Below are positions 31,073 through 42,334 of a DNA stretch of 64,000 nucleotides, piece after piece. Source of the DNA: a virus. How positions within the stretch are numbered: position 1 is the stretch's first letter; every line of letters begins with the position of its first letter. The translations under genes were made by a program, and so were the position numbers. Under the pieces are notes generated by a model. It saw only the letters and a list, made by a program, of their open reading frames with translations, had not been told where the DNA came from and made no database searches. The DNA lies in IMG/VR virus record IMGVR_UViG_3300015202_000004, positions 83,943 through 147,942 of that record. One strand, written 5' to 3'.

Positions 31073-32046
31073 ATAACCTTTTTTATCTTACCATTAATCT
31101 TCTTCGCTGTCAATACCTTGGTTGCATTCATATTTGTCCAAAGCATCTTGGAGAGCCGTTCCTAAATCAGGACCGCTTCCAAATTTATGTTCCACTTCCA
31201 CTTCACATGTAAGTTTTCCGCCTTTATTGTACCAATTAACGGACATATAAGTGTGTTCTTGATTACCACCTAATTTAGTTATGATTGAGTTAATCATATG
31301 TAGTTGTTTTAAACTCTCCGTATTTGTCAATACACTTTTGAAAAAATTTAATTACACAACTATCGCTGCAAATATAAGTTTTTTCGTCAAACGAATCCTT
31401 TGAATGACCGTAAGGAAAATCAATTTCTATAGGCATATAATCAATATTGTTACTAGAACCGTCAATTTGAATTACTTTCAAACAATTGTCGCAAGTATAT
31501 TCATATCTTGTTGACGTGCCTGGGTTAATTACTGTTTTCATCTTGTAGTCCGTAATTTAAAGTGTCTAGTAATAGAGGTATAAGCAACCTGCTTAACATT
31601 ATTAGTTCACCGTTCGAATCACGTTCTTGCGATGAATTTTTACCTAAGTCGCAAACTAATTTGCCTTTGTTATTTACTACGTTTCCATTCTCAGGATTAA
31701 ATTCCCATGGCCCATTCGTTAAGAACGGAGCTATATTAGTAATAAAATGCTGATTTATCGCTTCTAGTTGTTCTTTATTTAATCTTCTTAGCTCATTCAC
31801 AAATGAGCTTCCAATCAATTATGTTTGCATTTTGAAATATTTTTTGAATATGCTTATTTTCGAGATATATCTCAACTTCGTCCTTGAGTTGCTGAAAAAT
31901 TTCTTTGTTTTTCAGGTCATACTTACCAGGAGATACGTTAAGAACGAGTTTTTTACCTGTACTAATAGTCTCTTCTTTCAGAACTTTAATTGAAAGATGT
32001 TTTAGGGCATTGTTGATAAGTGATGTGTATGTATTCATAAAATATT

Positions 32047-32123
32047 TGGTCAGGGGAGTCGGATTTGAACCGACGTTCTCTTACGTCCGAGGTAAGCGGG
32101 ATACCAAGCTTCCCCATCCCCTG
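32047..32123 (-). tRNA. tRNA-Pro(CGG)
   Basis: CTTAC-CTCGGAC-GTAAG, C1:G72, CCA. Confidence 0.85.
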
Positions 32124-32957
32124 ATAGGGCTTCTATTATATAGGAACTATTACTGTTTGTCAACCTCTGATTTTTGCCAAGGATTTAAACGCATTTTAAC
32201 ATATTCATCAATCGTTATACCCTTGAAAGAACCACTGAAGTTATCGCCTAATTTTCCATGTTCTTCAGCAATCTTCATACACTCTTTAATAGATAAGGCA
32301 GGCATCGAACCTGAATAGACTCGTCCGGTTGCAGAGTCTACGTCGGGATGATTAAACATCTTTATTTAGTCTCCATTCAGACGCCTTGTATAATGGGAAG
32401 CTAGCTACTACATTACCAACAATCTGGTGTAAAATGTACGATAGCTTTTCTTCTCTTGTGGCCGTAATAGGCGGTGGATTTTTCCACCTCATTTTTGTTA
32501 ACCAAGAATTTTCGAAAATTTTCTCGGAACCATTAGTAAGATATAGTTCTACATCGGCGACACCTTTTAGTGCCATGTTGTTTTTCCGTTGTAAAACTTC
32601 TAGCTCTCTATTGGTTTCTTTTAACAAATCCAATACTTTATTCAAACGAGGGTTTACCGCATCCTGAATATAAGCTTGAAGAATTTCGTTTGCCTTATTA
32701 AATGCTTCAAGCTCTGTTTCTGCGATTTGATAATCCACAAAAATGCCCAGATAAATTACGAAGCCTACAAAGCCACCTTTGGAAGGCGAACTGTCACGTT
32801 GTGTATGACGGTCTTCGACAATAACGCACCCCATGCGGTTGGTATCTACGGTGTCGCCAAGGTGCCATTCATCTAAGCTACAACCTAATTGCTTAGTTTG
32901 AACTTCTTCTTCACCAATGTAAAACGAATCGAACATGCCCATTGTTATTGCGTTTCC

Positions 32958-33245
32958 TTATTCCGCTACTGCTAAAATATCTTTTTCAGCAAGAATGATT
33001 AGTTTCTTACCATCAATCGTTACTTCGCTACCAGAAAATGGGGCGTAGTAAACCTTGCTGCCGACTGTGATTTCCATAGGAACCAAAGTGCCGTTTACAA
33101 GTCGCCGACCTGGGCCGACTGAAATTACTGTACCCTCAAGATTGGTATTTTTAACCGTATCCGGCAAAAAAACGCCACCCTTAGATTCGGTTTCAGCAGC
33201 CGTTGCTTGAATGAGAACTTTATCTCCAATTGGTTTGATATTCAT
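32958..33245 (-). CDS. groS: co-chaperonin GroES
   Basis: MNIKPIGDKVLI..SKGGVFLPD..GTVISVGPG..EKDILAV. Confidence 0.92.
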   Translation of the reverse strand: MNIKPIGDKVLIQATAAETESKGGVFLPDTVKNTNLEGTVISVGPGRRLVNGTLVPMEITVGSKVYYAPFSGSEVTIDGKKLIILAEKDILAVAE

Positions 33246-33255
33246 ATTTGTCCTT

Positions 33256-33921
33256 CTAAATTTCAATGACCACTGGCGCATTGAATGGTTGATATTGTAG
33301 AGTGCAGATTGCTGCATTTACAAATACCGTCTCGTCTGTTATCACTCGACCATAGCCTTCGTGGATATGCCCGCAAACATGAAGTTTTGGTTTAACTATA
33401 GCAATTCTCTTCGCTAATTCAGGGCAACCCACATGTGGGTCACGAATGTTCTTCTTGCTCGTTCTGGCAACCTTGTCTAACATTTTGTACGCAGGACCAT
33501 GGGTTATCAGAACGTCGGTATTATCAGGAATCTCAGCCCATTTCTTTTCCGCAATAATCCCCGTATCCAAATCGGACTCTGGAAAATTGAAGCTCCAGTC
33601 ATAAAACCAAGGTTGCCAAGGGCTACCGTAAAATTTTACTCCATCAAGAGTAATTGCTTGGTCAATTAAAACATGGGCGTTGGTGACCATGGCACGAGCG
33701 GTTTCAAGATAGTCCTGAAACATATGGTCGTGATTGCCAGGAATAACTACGATATGCTTAAATTTAAACTTGATTGATTCTAAATCATCATTGAAGTCGC
33801 GTATCTCTCGGTAACTTCCGCCCATAGTGATATCTCCAGCATGAACCAATACATCTGCCTCTGGCAAATTAATTTGGTTCAACTGGTTGTGAGTGTCACT
33901 TATAGCGCAAATAGTAATCAT
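33256..33921 (-). CDS. calcineurin-like metallophosphoesterase
   Basis: SDTH, HAGD, PGNHD, THGP, GHIHE. Confidence 0.9.
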   Translation of the reverse strand: MITICAISDTHNQLNQINLPEADVLVHAGDITMGGSYREIRDFNDDLESIKFKFKHIVVIPGNHDHMFQDYLETARAMVTNAHVLIDQAITLDGVKFYGSPWQPWFYDWSFNFPESDLDTGIIAEKKWAEIPDNTDVLITHGPAYKMLDKVARTSKKNIRDPHVGCPELAKRIAIVKPKLHVCGHIHEGYGRVITDETVFVNAAICTLQYQPFNAPVVIEI

Positions 33922-33982
33922 TGTATTGTTTCCGTTTGGCGATTATAGGGCTCTGACTACCACTAAAGTTGCCCGTTTAAAT

Positions 33983-34058
33983 TGGTCGAGAGAGCGGGAT
34001 TCGAACCCGCGAATTTCCTGGTTCCAAACCAGACGGCTCACCGCTTGCCTACCCCTCG
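33983..34058 (-). tRNA. tRNA-Pro(TGG)
   Basis: Loop TTTGGAA, CCA. Confidence 0.85.
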
Positions 34059-34501
34059 ATATTTTTATGATTTTCGATGTGTTCTAAAACCCATCTTCCT
34101 TCTTCTGGTTCTACAGTTTTCACGCCGCCGTATACATAATAGTGTTTTAGTGGCAAATTTGCTTTCTTTAACGCTTCTACTACTTTTGGATACTTGATTA
34201 GTTTTGCTGTAATTGCAGCTTTAATTTTATTTACAAAGTCAACATCTTTTTCGTGCCAATCATTAGCACTTAAAGCTCTACCCAATTTTTTAGCTTCAAA
34301 ACCGTGTGTGTATCTTAAGGTATCACGTTCAATGTGATTTGTTCCTAACCAATACCAATAAGCTTCAATGCTATCGAAATAGCCGTCATCTTCTAGGTCG
34401 ATTGGTGCATAAGCAAAGTTCGATAGAAATTGGCCTATTGCCGTTTTCCCTTTAGAATAAACATTTATATGCGTTAGGCCGTCTTGATTTGGGTCAAGCA
34501 T
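34049..34501 (-). CDS. NADAR-like phage protein
   Basis: HINVYSKGKT..LSNF..FDSIEAYWYW..AKKLGR. Confidence 0.55.
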   Translation of the reverse strand: MLDPNQDGLTHINVYSKGKTAIGQFLSNFAYAPIDLEDDGYFDSIEAYWYWLGTNHIERDTLRYTHGFEAKKLGRALSANDWHEKDVDFVNKIKAAITAKLIKYPKVVEALKKANLPLKHYYVYGGVKTVEPEEGRWVLEHIENHKNIEG

Positions 34502-35082
34502 TTCTCTATCTCTTTTTTTACTAACTCAATAACCTCTGGGTATTGTAGCACTTCATAGTGGTTCGTGTCAACCTCTACTAGCTTCATATCTTGGGCTCTA
34601 TGGGTCATGGAACGTTTCGACACGACTCCATCATTTATTTCGCCCATTAGGTCGTTATGACCTGTTGTGGTCACAATGTTTGTCCAGGGTACGTCTATGA
34701 CTATTTCGTTACCTCTGATAACTGGATAAGAATACGGCGTGATATCAATAAACAATTGTTGAGGTTTTAAAATTGAAAAGTACTTTAAAATATGTGCTAC
34801 GTTGCTGCCATTGTACGGAGTACTTAGAGTAATTGCCCCAGCAACTTTTTCTTTTAATACATCTTTCAAATGAAGCGCATACAATCCACCTAGACTGTGC
34901 CCGATGAAAAATATTGGTTCATCAATATCTTTCAATTTTTCTTTCATTTGCTTTACATTGTTTACAAACCCTGTCGAACTACGATATGAAATCAAAGTTT
35001 CATTAAAACCCGTAATTTTACTTCTAATAAAGTTAAAACTATTGGGTGTAGACTTGGCACCGTGTATATAAACTAAATGCAT
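34474..35082 (-). CDS. alpha/beta hydrolase
   Basis: YIHG, GHSLGG, TPYNGS, NDGVV, NHYEVL. Confidence 0.85.
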   Translation of the reverse strand: MHLVYIHGAKSTPNSFNFIRSKITGFNETLISYRSSTGFVNNVKQMKEKLKDIDEPIFFIGHSLGGLYALHLKDVLKEKVAGAITLSTPYNGSNVAHILKYFSILKPQQLFIDITPYSYPVIRGNEIVIDVPWTNIVTTTGHNDLMGEINDGVVSKRSMTHRAQDMKLVEVDTNHYEVLQYPEVIELVKKEIEKCLTQIKTA

Positions 35083-35107
35083 TTTTTACCACTTTATCAT
35101 TACTTTT

Positions 35108-35180
35108 TGGAGACAGTGGGATTCGAACCCACGACCCTTTGCATGCCATGCAAATGCTCTACCAACTGAGCTATGTCCCC
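35108..35180 (-). tRNA. tRNA-Ala(GGC)
   Basis: Loop ATGGCAT, G3:U70. Confidence 0.92.
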
Positions 35181-35558
35181 ATACCTTCCCTTAAAATGGG
35201 AAATATTTCCAATGCTTTCATCATGAATCTTTGACGCTTTGCTGGGTCTTCGATTCTTTCATAATCTTTGTCTTGAAATTTAGCAATCAATCTAGCTACT
35301 TCGATGATTGCATTGTGTCTATTTAGTCCAGGATACAATATGTTATTCCATTCACCTGCTAGAAAACGCTTTGTATTTTCGGGATTTACTTCGACTACTT
35401 CTAGTGCTTCTAGCGGACCATTTTCTCTTAAATTGTTTACTTTGGATACGATTGCGAAAATCATTTTTTAATATTATTGTTTCTCAAACAGCGAACGCAT
35501 ATTAGACCGTTATTTTTTTGAGTAAGGAATATTCAATAAGTGAAGAATTATAACAATT

Positions 35559-35635
35559 TGGTGGAGTCGGTGGGACTCGAACCCACGATAAGACTGGTTG
35601 CAAACCAGTTGCAGTTGCCGCTGTGCCACGACCCC
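35559..35635 (-). tRNA. tRNA-Ala(TGC)
   Basis: Loop TTTGCAA, G3:U70, CCA. Confidence 0.9.
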
Positions 35636-35641
35636 ATATTG

Positions 35642-35713
35642 AGCGGAAAGATGGAATTGAACCACCGACCAACAGATTAGAAACCTGCTGCTCTTACACT
35701 GAGCTATTTCCGC
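35642..35713 (-). tRNA. tRNA with TCT anticodon (Arg) on a Gly-like body
   Basis: GCGGAAA/TTTCCGC + U73; GCAGG-TTTCTAA-TCTGT. Confidence 0.65.
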
Positions 35714-36067
35714 ATGTTTTGTTGAATTGTAAGTCTAATTGTTCAACGGCAATTCTGGGCCTCTACTCTCCCAGTTTACTCACGAGGTTCTTATGTTCTG
35801 CGGTGACTCACTAACTACATCGGATTCTTCTAAATGCACACTGCCGATTCAGTCTGGGATTTCAACCCAGTATCCCTTTAAAAGTTAGATAGTTTATTTT
35901 TACTTAGCTGATTTAGCGTAATTATACTTACCATACGCCTTACGGAATTCCTCTGCTGGAATCACGTTTAAAATATACATACTCATCGCCTCTTTACTCT
36001 TTGGTACACCGCCTGGACGTGCTGTTTTCTTGGCTCCCATTATTCTCTGCTTTCTTTATTTTAAAAT

Positions 36068-36141
36068 TGGTCGGGATGGAGGGAATCGAACCCCCGCTCC
36101 AACGTCCCAAACGTCATGTGATACCATTTCACCACATCCCG
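36068..36141 (-). tRNA. tRNA-Pro(TGG)
   Basis: Loop TTTGGGA, CCA. Confidence 0.88.
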
Positions 36142-37017
36142 ATATAAGTATTATAACATATTTATTATACTATGTCAATTCTTTATTTTCTTTATAATAC
36201 TTCATTTTATCTTTTCTGCCTTTACCACGATTTAATGAACCATATATACTATGTAACAATTTAAACGTTATACTTTAGACCGCACTTCGTTAAATACAAT
36301 AAGGCCCCAGCTTTCGCTAGGGCCTTTTTATTCGTTTAGGCTTCTGAGCTACTTACTGGGCAAAACTAACCGAACCACTATCAATCGCGATAGGGTCTGC
36401 TGGAATATCTAGAGGGATTCCTGCGAGGTTTTGCATGTAAGTGTTTTCCTTAAAGTAATTTTGGTTCTGGGAAAGGTGTATCGTTGATTCCGTGAGTTGG
36501 ATTAAGTGTAATGTCAGTGAATGTGTATCCAGCAATTACATATGTCGAATTGTATTCACCAGGAGCATTCTTTGAATCAACTACATTTTTTGTTTCCGAA
36601 TCTTTTTTGCTCATTTTAATGTTTCCTTATAAATCATATGTAAGGGAATATTATTTAAATGTAACAATTATGACATATGGAATTTATTAAAGTCTTCTGC
36701 AAGAGTTGCTTCCATTGAAGCGACCGCACTTGCGAGTCTAACTTCTTCGGCCTTTGCAGCTTCTAAAACTCGGGCAACTTCTGCCTTAGCTTCTTCTTCA
36801 AGCTTTGCCAATTCGTCAGCCGCTTCTTTTTCTGCTTTTTTAGCAGCTTCTTCAGCCGCTGCAAGAGCTTCTTGTACGTCTGTTTCTATTACTTCGACTT
36901 GAACTGCTTCTGTTGAAATTTCTTTTGTATCTTCAACAGTTAATTCAATTGAATCGTCAGTTGTAAAAGTTGAAATTTCTTTTTTCTTAGCGGCCATGGG
37001 ATTTACCTCTTTTTTAT

Positions 37018-37091
37018 TGGAGCCAGGTCGGAGAATCAAACTCCGGTCTTTGGATTACGAAACCAACATAATATCACTATACTAACCTGGC
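37018..37091 (-). tRNA. tRNA-Thr(CGT)
   Basis: Loop TTCGTAA; D loop GA with T loop TTTGATT (A19:U56). Confidence 0.8.
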
Positions 37092-37261
37092 GTATTTTTA
37101 GCGTCGCGAAGACATTTAATAATTTCCTCTTCATATTTTTCAATAGGAAGTGGACTTGGCTTAGGTAAAGGTGGCAATTCACCACGCTTAATTTTACCGT
37201 TAAGCGCTTTAAAGCGTTCTGATTGCTTCTCGCAGAATTCTCTCATATTTACCTAAAATTT

Positions 37262-37334
37262 TGAGACGATAGTGGGAGTCGAACCCACGCTCGCGGTTTT
37301 GCAGACCACAGCCTTACCACTTGGCTACACCGTC
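37262..37334 (-). tRNA. tRNA-Cys(GCA)
   Basis: Loop CTGCAAA, U73. Confidence 0.88.
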
Positions 37335-37338
37335 ATAT

Positions 37339-37416
37339 TGAGGCCCAGGTTGGAATCGGACCAACGCATATCCTAGCTTGCAACTAGGTCGCCTTTACCC
37401 ACTTGGCTACCGGGCC
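37339..37416 (-). tRNA. tRNA-Cys(GCA)
   Basis: CCTAG-TTGCAAG-CTAGG, U73, T loop TCCGATT. Confidence 0.8.
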
Positions 37417-37725
37417 ATATCGAGTACATTATATAACATACTCAAGCTTTTGTCAATCTGTAGTAATACGCTTTACTTTGCCCACTTTTGTTACAGGCTT
37501 CTTATTCTTAATTTCTTTTTCAAAATTGATGCCGGTGCCAGAATTTTTAGCAAATCTGGTCGAACCATTTTCAATGGCATCCAAACCTTCGGCTTCCATC
37601 TGGGCTTTTTCAGCAATGATAAGAGCAATATCGTCCTGCTCAGGAGCAGGTTCGTCAGGGGGTCCATCAAATTGTAAACCCACCTGACGAATATTACTCA
37701 AAATATGATGACTACTGCTCATGAT

Positions 37726-38064
37726 TTATTCGTAATTAAGACCAGTGCCTTTACATTCGGAACACACAACGTATACTTCGCCAATGCCATCGCATTCATT
37801 ACAATCTTCCGTTGTAGAACAATCACATGTGTCGCAATGGTCATAATCATCAACTTCAGTTTCGCCAGAACCACAGCACTCAGTGCATTCATCTGAAACT
37901 TCGCCATCGCCATTACATTCGGAACAAATTGATTCATTTAAATCTTCTTGAGAATTACATTCCTCAATTGGATAAGGCATATGTTGTCTTGCGAAATCAA
38001 CATTTGGACGAGGATTGCTTCTTACGAAAGCAAGTTCATTAGGACGACGGTCAAGTAAGCTCAT
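37726..38064 (-). CDS. DnaJ-like CxxCxGxG zinc-finger protein
   Basis: Four CxECxGxG repeats. Confidence 0.65.
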   Translation of the reverse strand: MSLLDRRPNELAFVRSNPRPNVDFARQHMPYPIEECNSQEDLNESICSECNGDGEVSDECTECCGSGETEVDDYDHCDTCDCSTTEDCNECDGIGEVYVVCSECKGTGLNYE

Positions 38065-38280
38065 TTATTTATCTTTCTTTCTTTAGAAGAATATTTTTTA
38101 GAAAATCTGTAATAGCCCACACGCTATATGAAAAATCAGTATTCTGAATTTTGCTAGACATTTTTTTTCTTGATTCTTTTACTGCTTTTTCTGATTCCGG
38201 TGAAGATTTAAAATACATGGTGGAATCAGGTTGAACTTTTTCGGCCATTATTCATTTCCTCTCTTTAATCAGAATTTAAA

Positions 38281-38355
38281 TGGTTGGCAAGGCGGGTTTC
38301 GAACCCGCGACTTCTACAGTGTCAGCGTGACGTTCTCTCGCTAAACTATCCGCCA
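38281..38355 (-). tRNA. tRNA-Val(GAC)
   Basis: Loop CTGACAC, CCA; weak anticodon stem. Confidence 0.7.
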
Positions 38356-38430
38356 ATAAGAATTATTTTTAATGTGGCAATTTTAATCCACTAGCCTTGA
38401 AATTATAATATATAATTTCGATTTTCGGAA

Positions 38431-38928
38431 TTAGTTTGGCAGTGCGCCAGGCTTGGGCCACGAAAGGGTAGTCAAGCGAGGTTCACTGTAAACAGGCTTC
38501 GACTCTTTAGAGTTGTTAGGATTTTGGCATAGTATATATGTACCTTCCGCACTGGAAGGGGAGTACAAGCCGTTCGGGTCGGCTTGGGGGATTGTTGTCC
38601 CAGTATAAGAGCCAGGCTGCATTGGATTCGTATATTGGGTCGAATAAGGAATTGGATACCCAACGCTATTGCACAAGAAATGGAACTTGCCTTGGTAATC
38701 AGGCCCCGTATATGTATAGGTTAAAATTCCTTGGTCGCGAAGTTCCAAAATTGTCTTAAATAGACGCTTTTCGAAGAAATGAATTATATTCGGCATACCA
38801 ACGGATTGGACAGCTTGCTTATTAATTTGCTCTTGCTTTACATTTTGAATTTCTTCTGAACTTGGTTGAAAATCACAACCTACAAGCATCAATGCTGCAA
38901 ACAAAACAACGACTAAACTCTTTTTCAT
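38431..38928 (-). CDS. putative lipoprotein
   Basis: Signal peptide with LVGC lipobox; PQADPNGLY. Confidence 0.7.
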   Translation of the reverse strand: MKKSLVVVLFAALMLVGCDFQPSSEEIQNVKQEQINKQAVQSVGMPNIIHFFEKRLFKTILELRDQGILTYTYTGPDYQGKFHFLCNSVGYPIPYSTQYTNPMQPGSYTGTTIPQADPNGLYSPSSAEGTYILCQNPNNSKESKPVYSEPRLTTLSWPKPGALPN

Positions 38929-38930
38929 AA

Positions 38931-39260
38931 TTATTGATTCTTCATTTCATCCAGAAAAGTGTGAAGGTCTGGCAAGCCATCTAAGTTGCGCTCGTCGTAT
39001 GAAGCATACTGCTGAACGACAATCGACTTAATCGTGTCTTTTTCTGCTTGGGTTTTTGCGCCTGCATAGGAAAGGTGATACTGCTGAAGTTGACTAATCA
39101 TTCCATCAGTATACTGCGAGCTACTGTGAAAGACTTTGTTGTCAATCTTCGTGTAGGCTGGTGCGGTAGAAGCGTAGAGGGCCACAGAAAAGAAGTTGAT
39201 TCCAAACACGAAGGCAACAAACGCGGCAAAGCCACCGAGGGTGTATAAAAATGTTTTCAT
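38931..39260 (-). CDS. membrane protein
   Basis: N-terminal TM helix; paired with the lipoprotein. Confidence 0.55.
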   Translation of the reverse strand: MKTFLYTLGGFAAFVAFVFGINFFSVALYASTAPAYTKIDNKVFHSSSQYTDGMISQLQQYHLSYAGAKTQAEKDTIKSIVVQQYASYDERNLDGLPDLHTFLDEMKNQ

Positions 39261-39308
39261 GATGGAATGGTAACATAATAAAAACGTAAAGTCAATAAGC
39301 AGGTAAAC

Positions 39309-39337
39309 AAAAAACCTCACTTTTCAGTGAAGTTTTT
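39309..39337 (-). terminator. intrinsic terminator
   Basis: AAAAACTTCAC-TGAAAA-GTGAGGTTTTTT. Confidence 0.65.
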
Positions 39338-39680
39338 ACCGTGCAGGCTCACGTCCTATCAGTCTTACCTGCTCTTCCCGCTAAGGAATGTTCAACGTAC
39401 CTAATTTTTACTTGGTAATGAATCGACGCCTAGGTTCGGTAACTCGATTCTCGTCAAACGGTAAATTGATTATTCAAGGATAGATTCGAGCTATCACTGT
39501 CGGAGGTTTTCTCCCTTGAGAAAGGGAACGCTCCTGCCTCTTCAAATTGGGCTACTTGAATAAATTTTTCCCCTCTAAGCTTTTGCAAGCTTAACCATTT
39601 TCGAGAGCTAGCCTTCTCTACTGATGTACGACGCATCTGCAAGAGTATACTCTTGCACAGTGGCTCCGAAGGGTTAGATT
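39338..39680 (-). ncRNA. candidate structured ncRNA (~340 nt) downstream of tRNA-Val
   Basis: No credible ORF, several hairpins and a long-range helix, bounded by tRNA and terminator. Confidence 0.45.
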
Positions 39681-39688
39681 TTTAAAAT

Positions 39689-39763
39689 TGGTCGGCAAGG
39701 AGAATTTCGAAATCTCGACCTTCGGTATGTAAAACCGCTGCGCTGCCTCTGCGCCACTCGCCG
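39689..39763 (-). tRNA. tRNA-Val(TAC)
   Basis: Loop TTTACAT, CCA. Confidence 0.85.
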
Positions 39764-39807
39764 TTATGAACAGTATGTTACTATACTATTCGAGATTTGT
39801 CAAGTAG

Positions 39808-40038
39808 TTACTTTTTATGTCGGTAAGTGATTCGACCCTTGGTAAAATCGTATACGGACATATCTAAATCTACTTTGTCTCCAACAATGATTTTAATATT
39901 GTTTTGTCGAATACGACCGGAGATATGTGCAAGTATTTCATGACCATTTTCAAGTAGTACATTAAATAGAGCATTAGGTAAAGCTTTTAAAACAGTACCT
40001 TGAATTTGGAGATTGTCTTGTGATTCCGATTCTGACAC
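39808..40038 (-). CDS. infA: translation initiation factor IF-1
   Basis: [50 protein letters not shown]. Confidence 0.95.
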   Translation of the reverse strand: MSESESQDNLQIQGTVLKALPNALFNVLLENGHEILAHISGRIRQNNIKIIVGDKVDLDMSVYDFTKGRITYRHKK

Positions 40039-40367
40039 TATGCTATTTTCCCGCCGTGTTTAAAGCTTCTTGTTTCATTATATGCACTTTTTACTCTTAC
40101 AGCTTTATCAATATCAATGTTGTAAGATTTAGCTGTATCTAAAGCTCTAATAATAATATCAGCCAATTCTTCTTCAATACAGTTTAAAGGCTCACTCATT
40201 GCACTAGCTTTATCACAAGGACTAAACAATTGACTTTTACGATAGGCTTCCCATAATTCGGAAACCTCTCCGTGTAAATTCGATATAAAGGTTGGCATAT
40301 TGTCGTTTTCGTGAAAACCGCTTTTTGCCGCGATATTATAAAATTTTTCAGATAATTTGTTTAACAT
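40038..40367 (-). CDS. MazG-like NTP pyrophosphohydrolase
   Basis: [30 protein letters not shown]. Confidence 0.8.
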   Translation of the reverse strand: MLNKLSEKFYNIAAKSGFHENDNMPTFISNLHGEVSELWEAYRKSQLFSPCDKASAMSEPLNCIEEELADIIIRALDTAKSYNIDIDKAVRVKSAYNETRSFKHGGKIA

Positions 40368-40390
40368 TAACTCTTCTTAATTAGAAAATT

Positions 40391-40464
40391 TGGTGGCTCA
40401 ACTTGGAATCGAACCAAGGTTTTGGCCTTATGAGGACCCTTTTCTACCATTGAAATACAGAGCC
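40391..40464 (-). tRNA. tRNA-Met/Ile2(CAT)
   Basis: Loop CTCATAA, A73, CCA. Confidence 0.8.
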
Positions 40465-40498
40465 ATATAATTGATTATATCTTGTTACTGGGCAAATG

Positions 40499-40711
40499 TC
40501 AAGGTCTAGCGGTTTCTAATCCTGAAAATCCTACGTTACCAAAAATCTGATAAGCTTTATTAGGACACACTGGTTGTTTTGTATCGCCGTACCGCACGTT
40601 GCAAGGAACGAAAATCCCAAGGTCGTCTTTTTCCAATTGGGAATGTTCTGCAAAGCTCATTTTAAGTTCCTGCGTATGATTGCTTTGGCAACGATAATCG
40701 TAATAAGGCAT
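40499..40711 (-). CDS. FmdB-like zinc-ribbon protein
   Basis: MPYYDYRCQSNH start; the longer ORF call overlaps tRNA-His. Confidence 0.6.
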   Translation of the reverse strand: MPYYDYRCQSNHTQELKMSFAEHSQLEKDDLGIFVPCNVRYGDTKQPVCPNKAYQIFGNVGFSGLETARP

Positions 40712-40732
40712 CTTATTCTCTTCTTGGGAAAT

Positions 40733-40807
40733 TGGTGTGTCTGGAGGGTAACGCTCCCTCTTGGGTGGCTTCACAAACCACTACATTACTTTTATGCTAC
40801 AGACACC
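40733..40807 (-). tRNA. tRNA-His(GTG), atypical elbow
   Basis: GTGGT-TTGTGAA-GCCAC; encoded G-1; A73; T loop AGCGTTA. Confidence 0.75.
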
Positions 40808-41588
40808 ATACGAGGCTTCCAAACCTCTTTGTCAATATATTATAGTCTATTCTAGCACATTTAGTTACATCTGTCAAGTGTTTATTTACTTATTATCAAA
40901 TAAAATTTCGGTAAACTCAGTGTCAATTATATCATCATCGCTAGTAGAAGTCAATGATAATAGCGTGATTGTCACTTTCTGAGAATCATTCTCAACAGTG
41001 AGAGCTTTGGTTTCCGCGATGGCTAGACCATTGGCACGTTGTTCCTCTTCGGACATATTATGATAACCATAAGAAGAGGGCTTGTGAATCTTCGCCTTCT
41101 TGAAGAAGTCTGGATTTTTAATGTCTCCGCCAGTGCCCATGAAAAAGGCAACGATTCGGTTTGCATCGTCAATACCAGAAAGGTAAGCTTCGGCCAAAGC
41201 TTCGTCTAAACCTTCTAGATTATCTCCAGCCACGTAGCCTGCAAGATAACTTGAAAACTCCAAGCGGCGTGTTGAAATTTTATCCATTACTTCTTGAAGA
41301 ATTATTTTTTTCAGTTCTTCATCAGAATCCGGTTCGGGCTCGGTATGGTCTAAGTATCGCACTATTATTCTCTTCTAGGTCTTAAAGCAGCAACATTTAA
41401 TGCATCAACTAATACTACCATACTTTCACATAAAAAGACAGCATCAGATTCATCAAAGAAATGTCCTACGCCATCGTTCTGAATAATTTCAGCAAAATGT
41501 CGTGCTACAGCATCTAAATTGTCACGTTCGGATTTATTATGTAATAAGCTTGAAGACTTTATCGCAATCATATCTGGACTAAACATAT

Positions 41589-41918
41589 TTACGCCTCTTT
41601 CGTTTCGATTTGTTCAATGGCTAGTTGGTTATCTATCCAATCTTTAATATGGTCACCGTGGCATTTTTTTGGCTTACAGTAGCATAATAATACTAAGTTT
41701 CCATCACGAGCTATATGCAAAAATCTAACTAGTTCTTCATAAATATCATTTTTAGCTTCGATTTGTTCGTACATCCAAACCTGATATTTTTCTATTACTT
41801 CGTCCCTTGTTCCGTCAATTCCAACTATAAAGTGGTTGCCCAAAACATAGGGTCGGCTTATGTATTCGCCAAACTTTGTCTTTCTTTGATTCGCTACAAT
41901 TACCATAAGTAAGGACAT
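41589..41918 (-). CDS. DUF4326-like protein
   Basis: YISRP..LGNHF..G.DGTRDEVIEKY..L.CYCKPKKCHGD. Confidence 0.75.
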   Translation of the reverse strand: MSLLMVIVANQRKTKFGEYISRPYVLGNHFIVGIDGTRDEVIEKYQVWMYEQIEAKNDIYEELVRFLHIARDGNLVLLCYCKPKKCHGDHIKDWIDNQLAIEQIETKEA

Positions 41919-41950
41919 TATAGTATGCCACTTGACAAATCAGCTTTAAT

Positions 41951-42334
41951 ATGTTTGAATTAATCATGTTTATTTTAGTCGTAGATGACCTACGACTATT
42001 TGGCGATACTTTTCATGGTATGCCAATTAAGTACGCGGTCACAAGTAAAGAGGCCCTTGACATTTTGGAATCTGAATTCCATGATGTTGCCGAAGTGTGG
42101 CTTGACCATGACTTAGGAATGTTTGGTGAAATAGCCGATGAAGTTACTCCAGTCATTTATTGGCTGGAAGAAAAAGGCCATAACGAACAGGCAAACCATG
42201 TTTATTGCATTCGTGTTTTGACAAGTAACCCAGTAGGTGCCCAGAAAATAGCTATGCTTTCGCGTTACTATTTTATAGGTGCTACAGTCACGCATCACAA
42301 GCTACGAAACGAAGAGGAAGAAGCGGTTAATTAG
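41951..42334 (+). CDS. divergent receiver-like domain (cyclic-phosphate-processing type)
   Basis: VDDLR, WLDHDLG, TSNPVG. Confidence 0.65.
   Translation: MFELIMFILVVDDLRLFGDTFHGMPIKYAVTSKEALDILESEFHDVAEVWLDHDLGMFGEIADEVTPVIYWLEEKGHNEQANHVYCIRVLTSNPVGAQKIAMLSRYYFIGATVTHHKLRNEEEEAVN

Noticed and set aside
35642-35713. Second amber suppressor (TTCTAA in loop)
   Set aside because: Stem register gives loop TT-TCT-AA, so the anticodon is TCT, not CTA.
37080-37247. Small ORF upstream of tRNA-Thr(CGT) as an attenuator
   Set aside because: No terminator and no Thr enrichment.
39338-39680. RNase P RNA or the 62-aa ORF 39454-39642
   Set aside because: No P4 consensus seen; ORF lacks an RBS and recognisable motifs.
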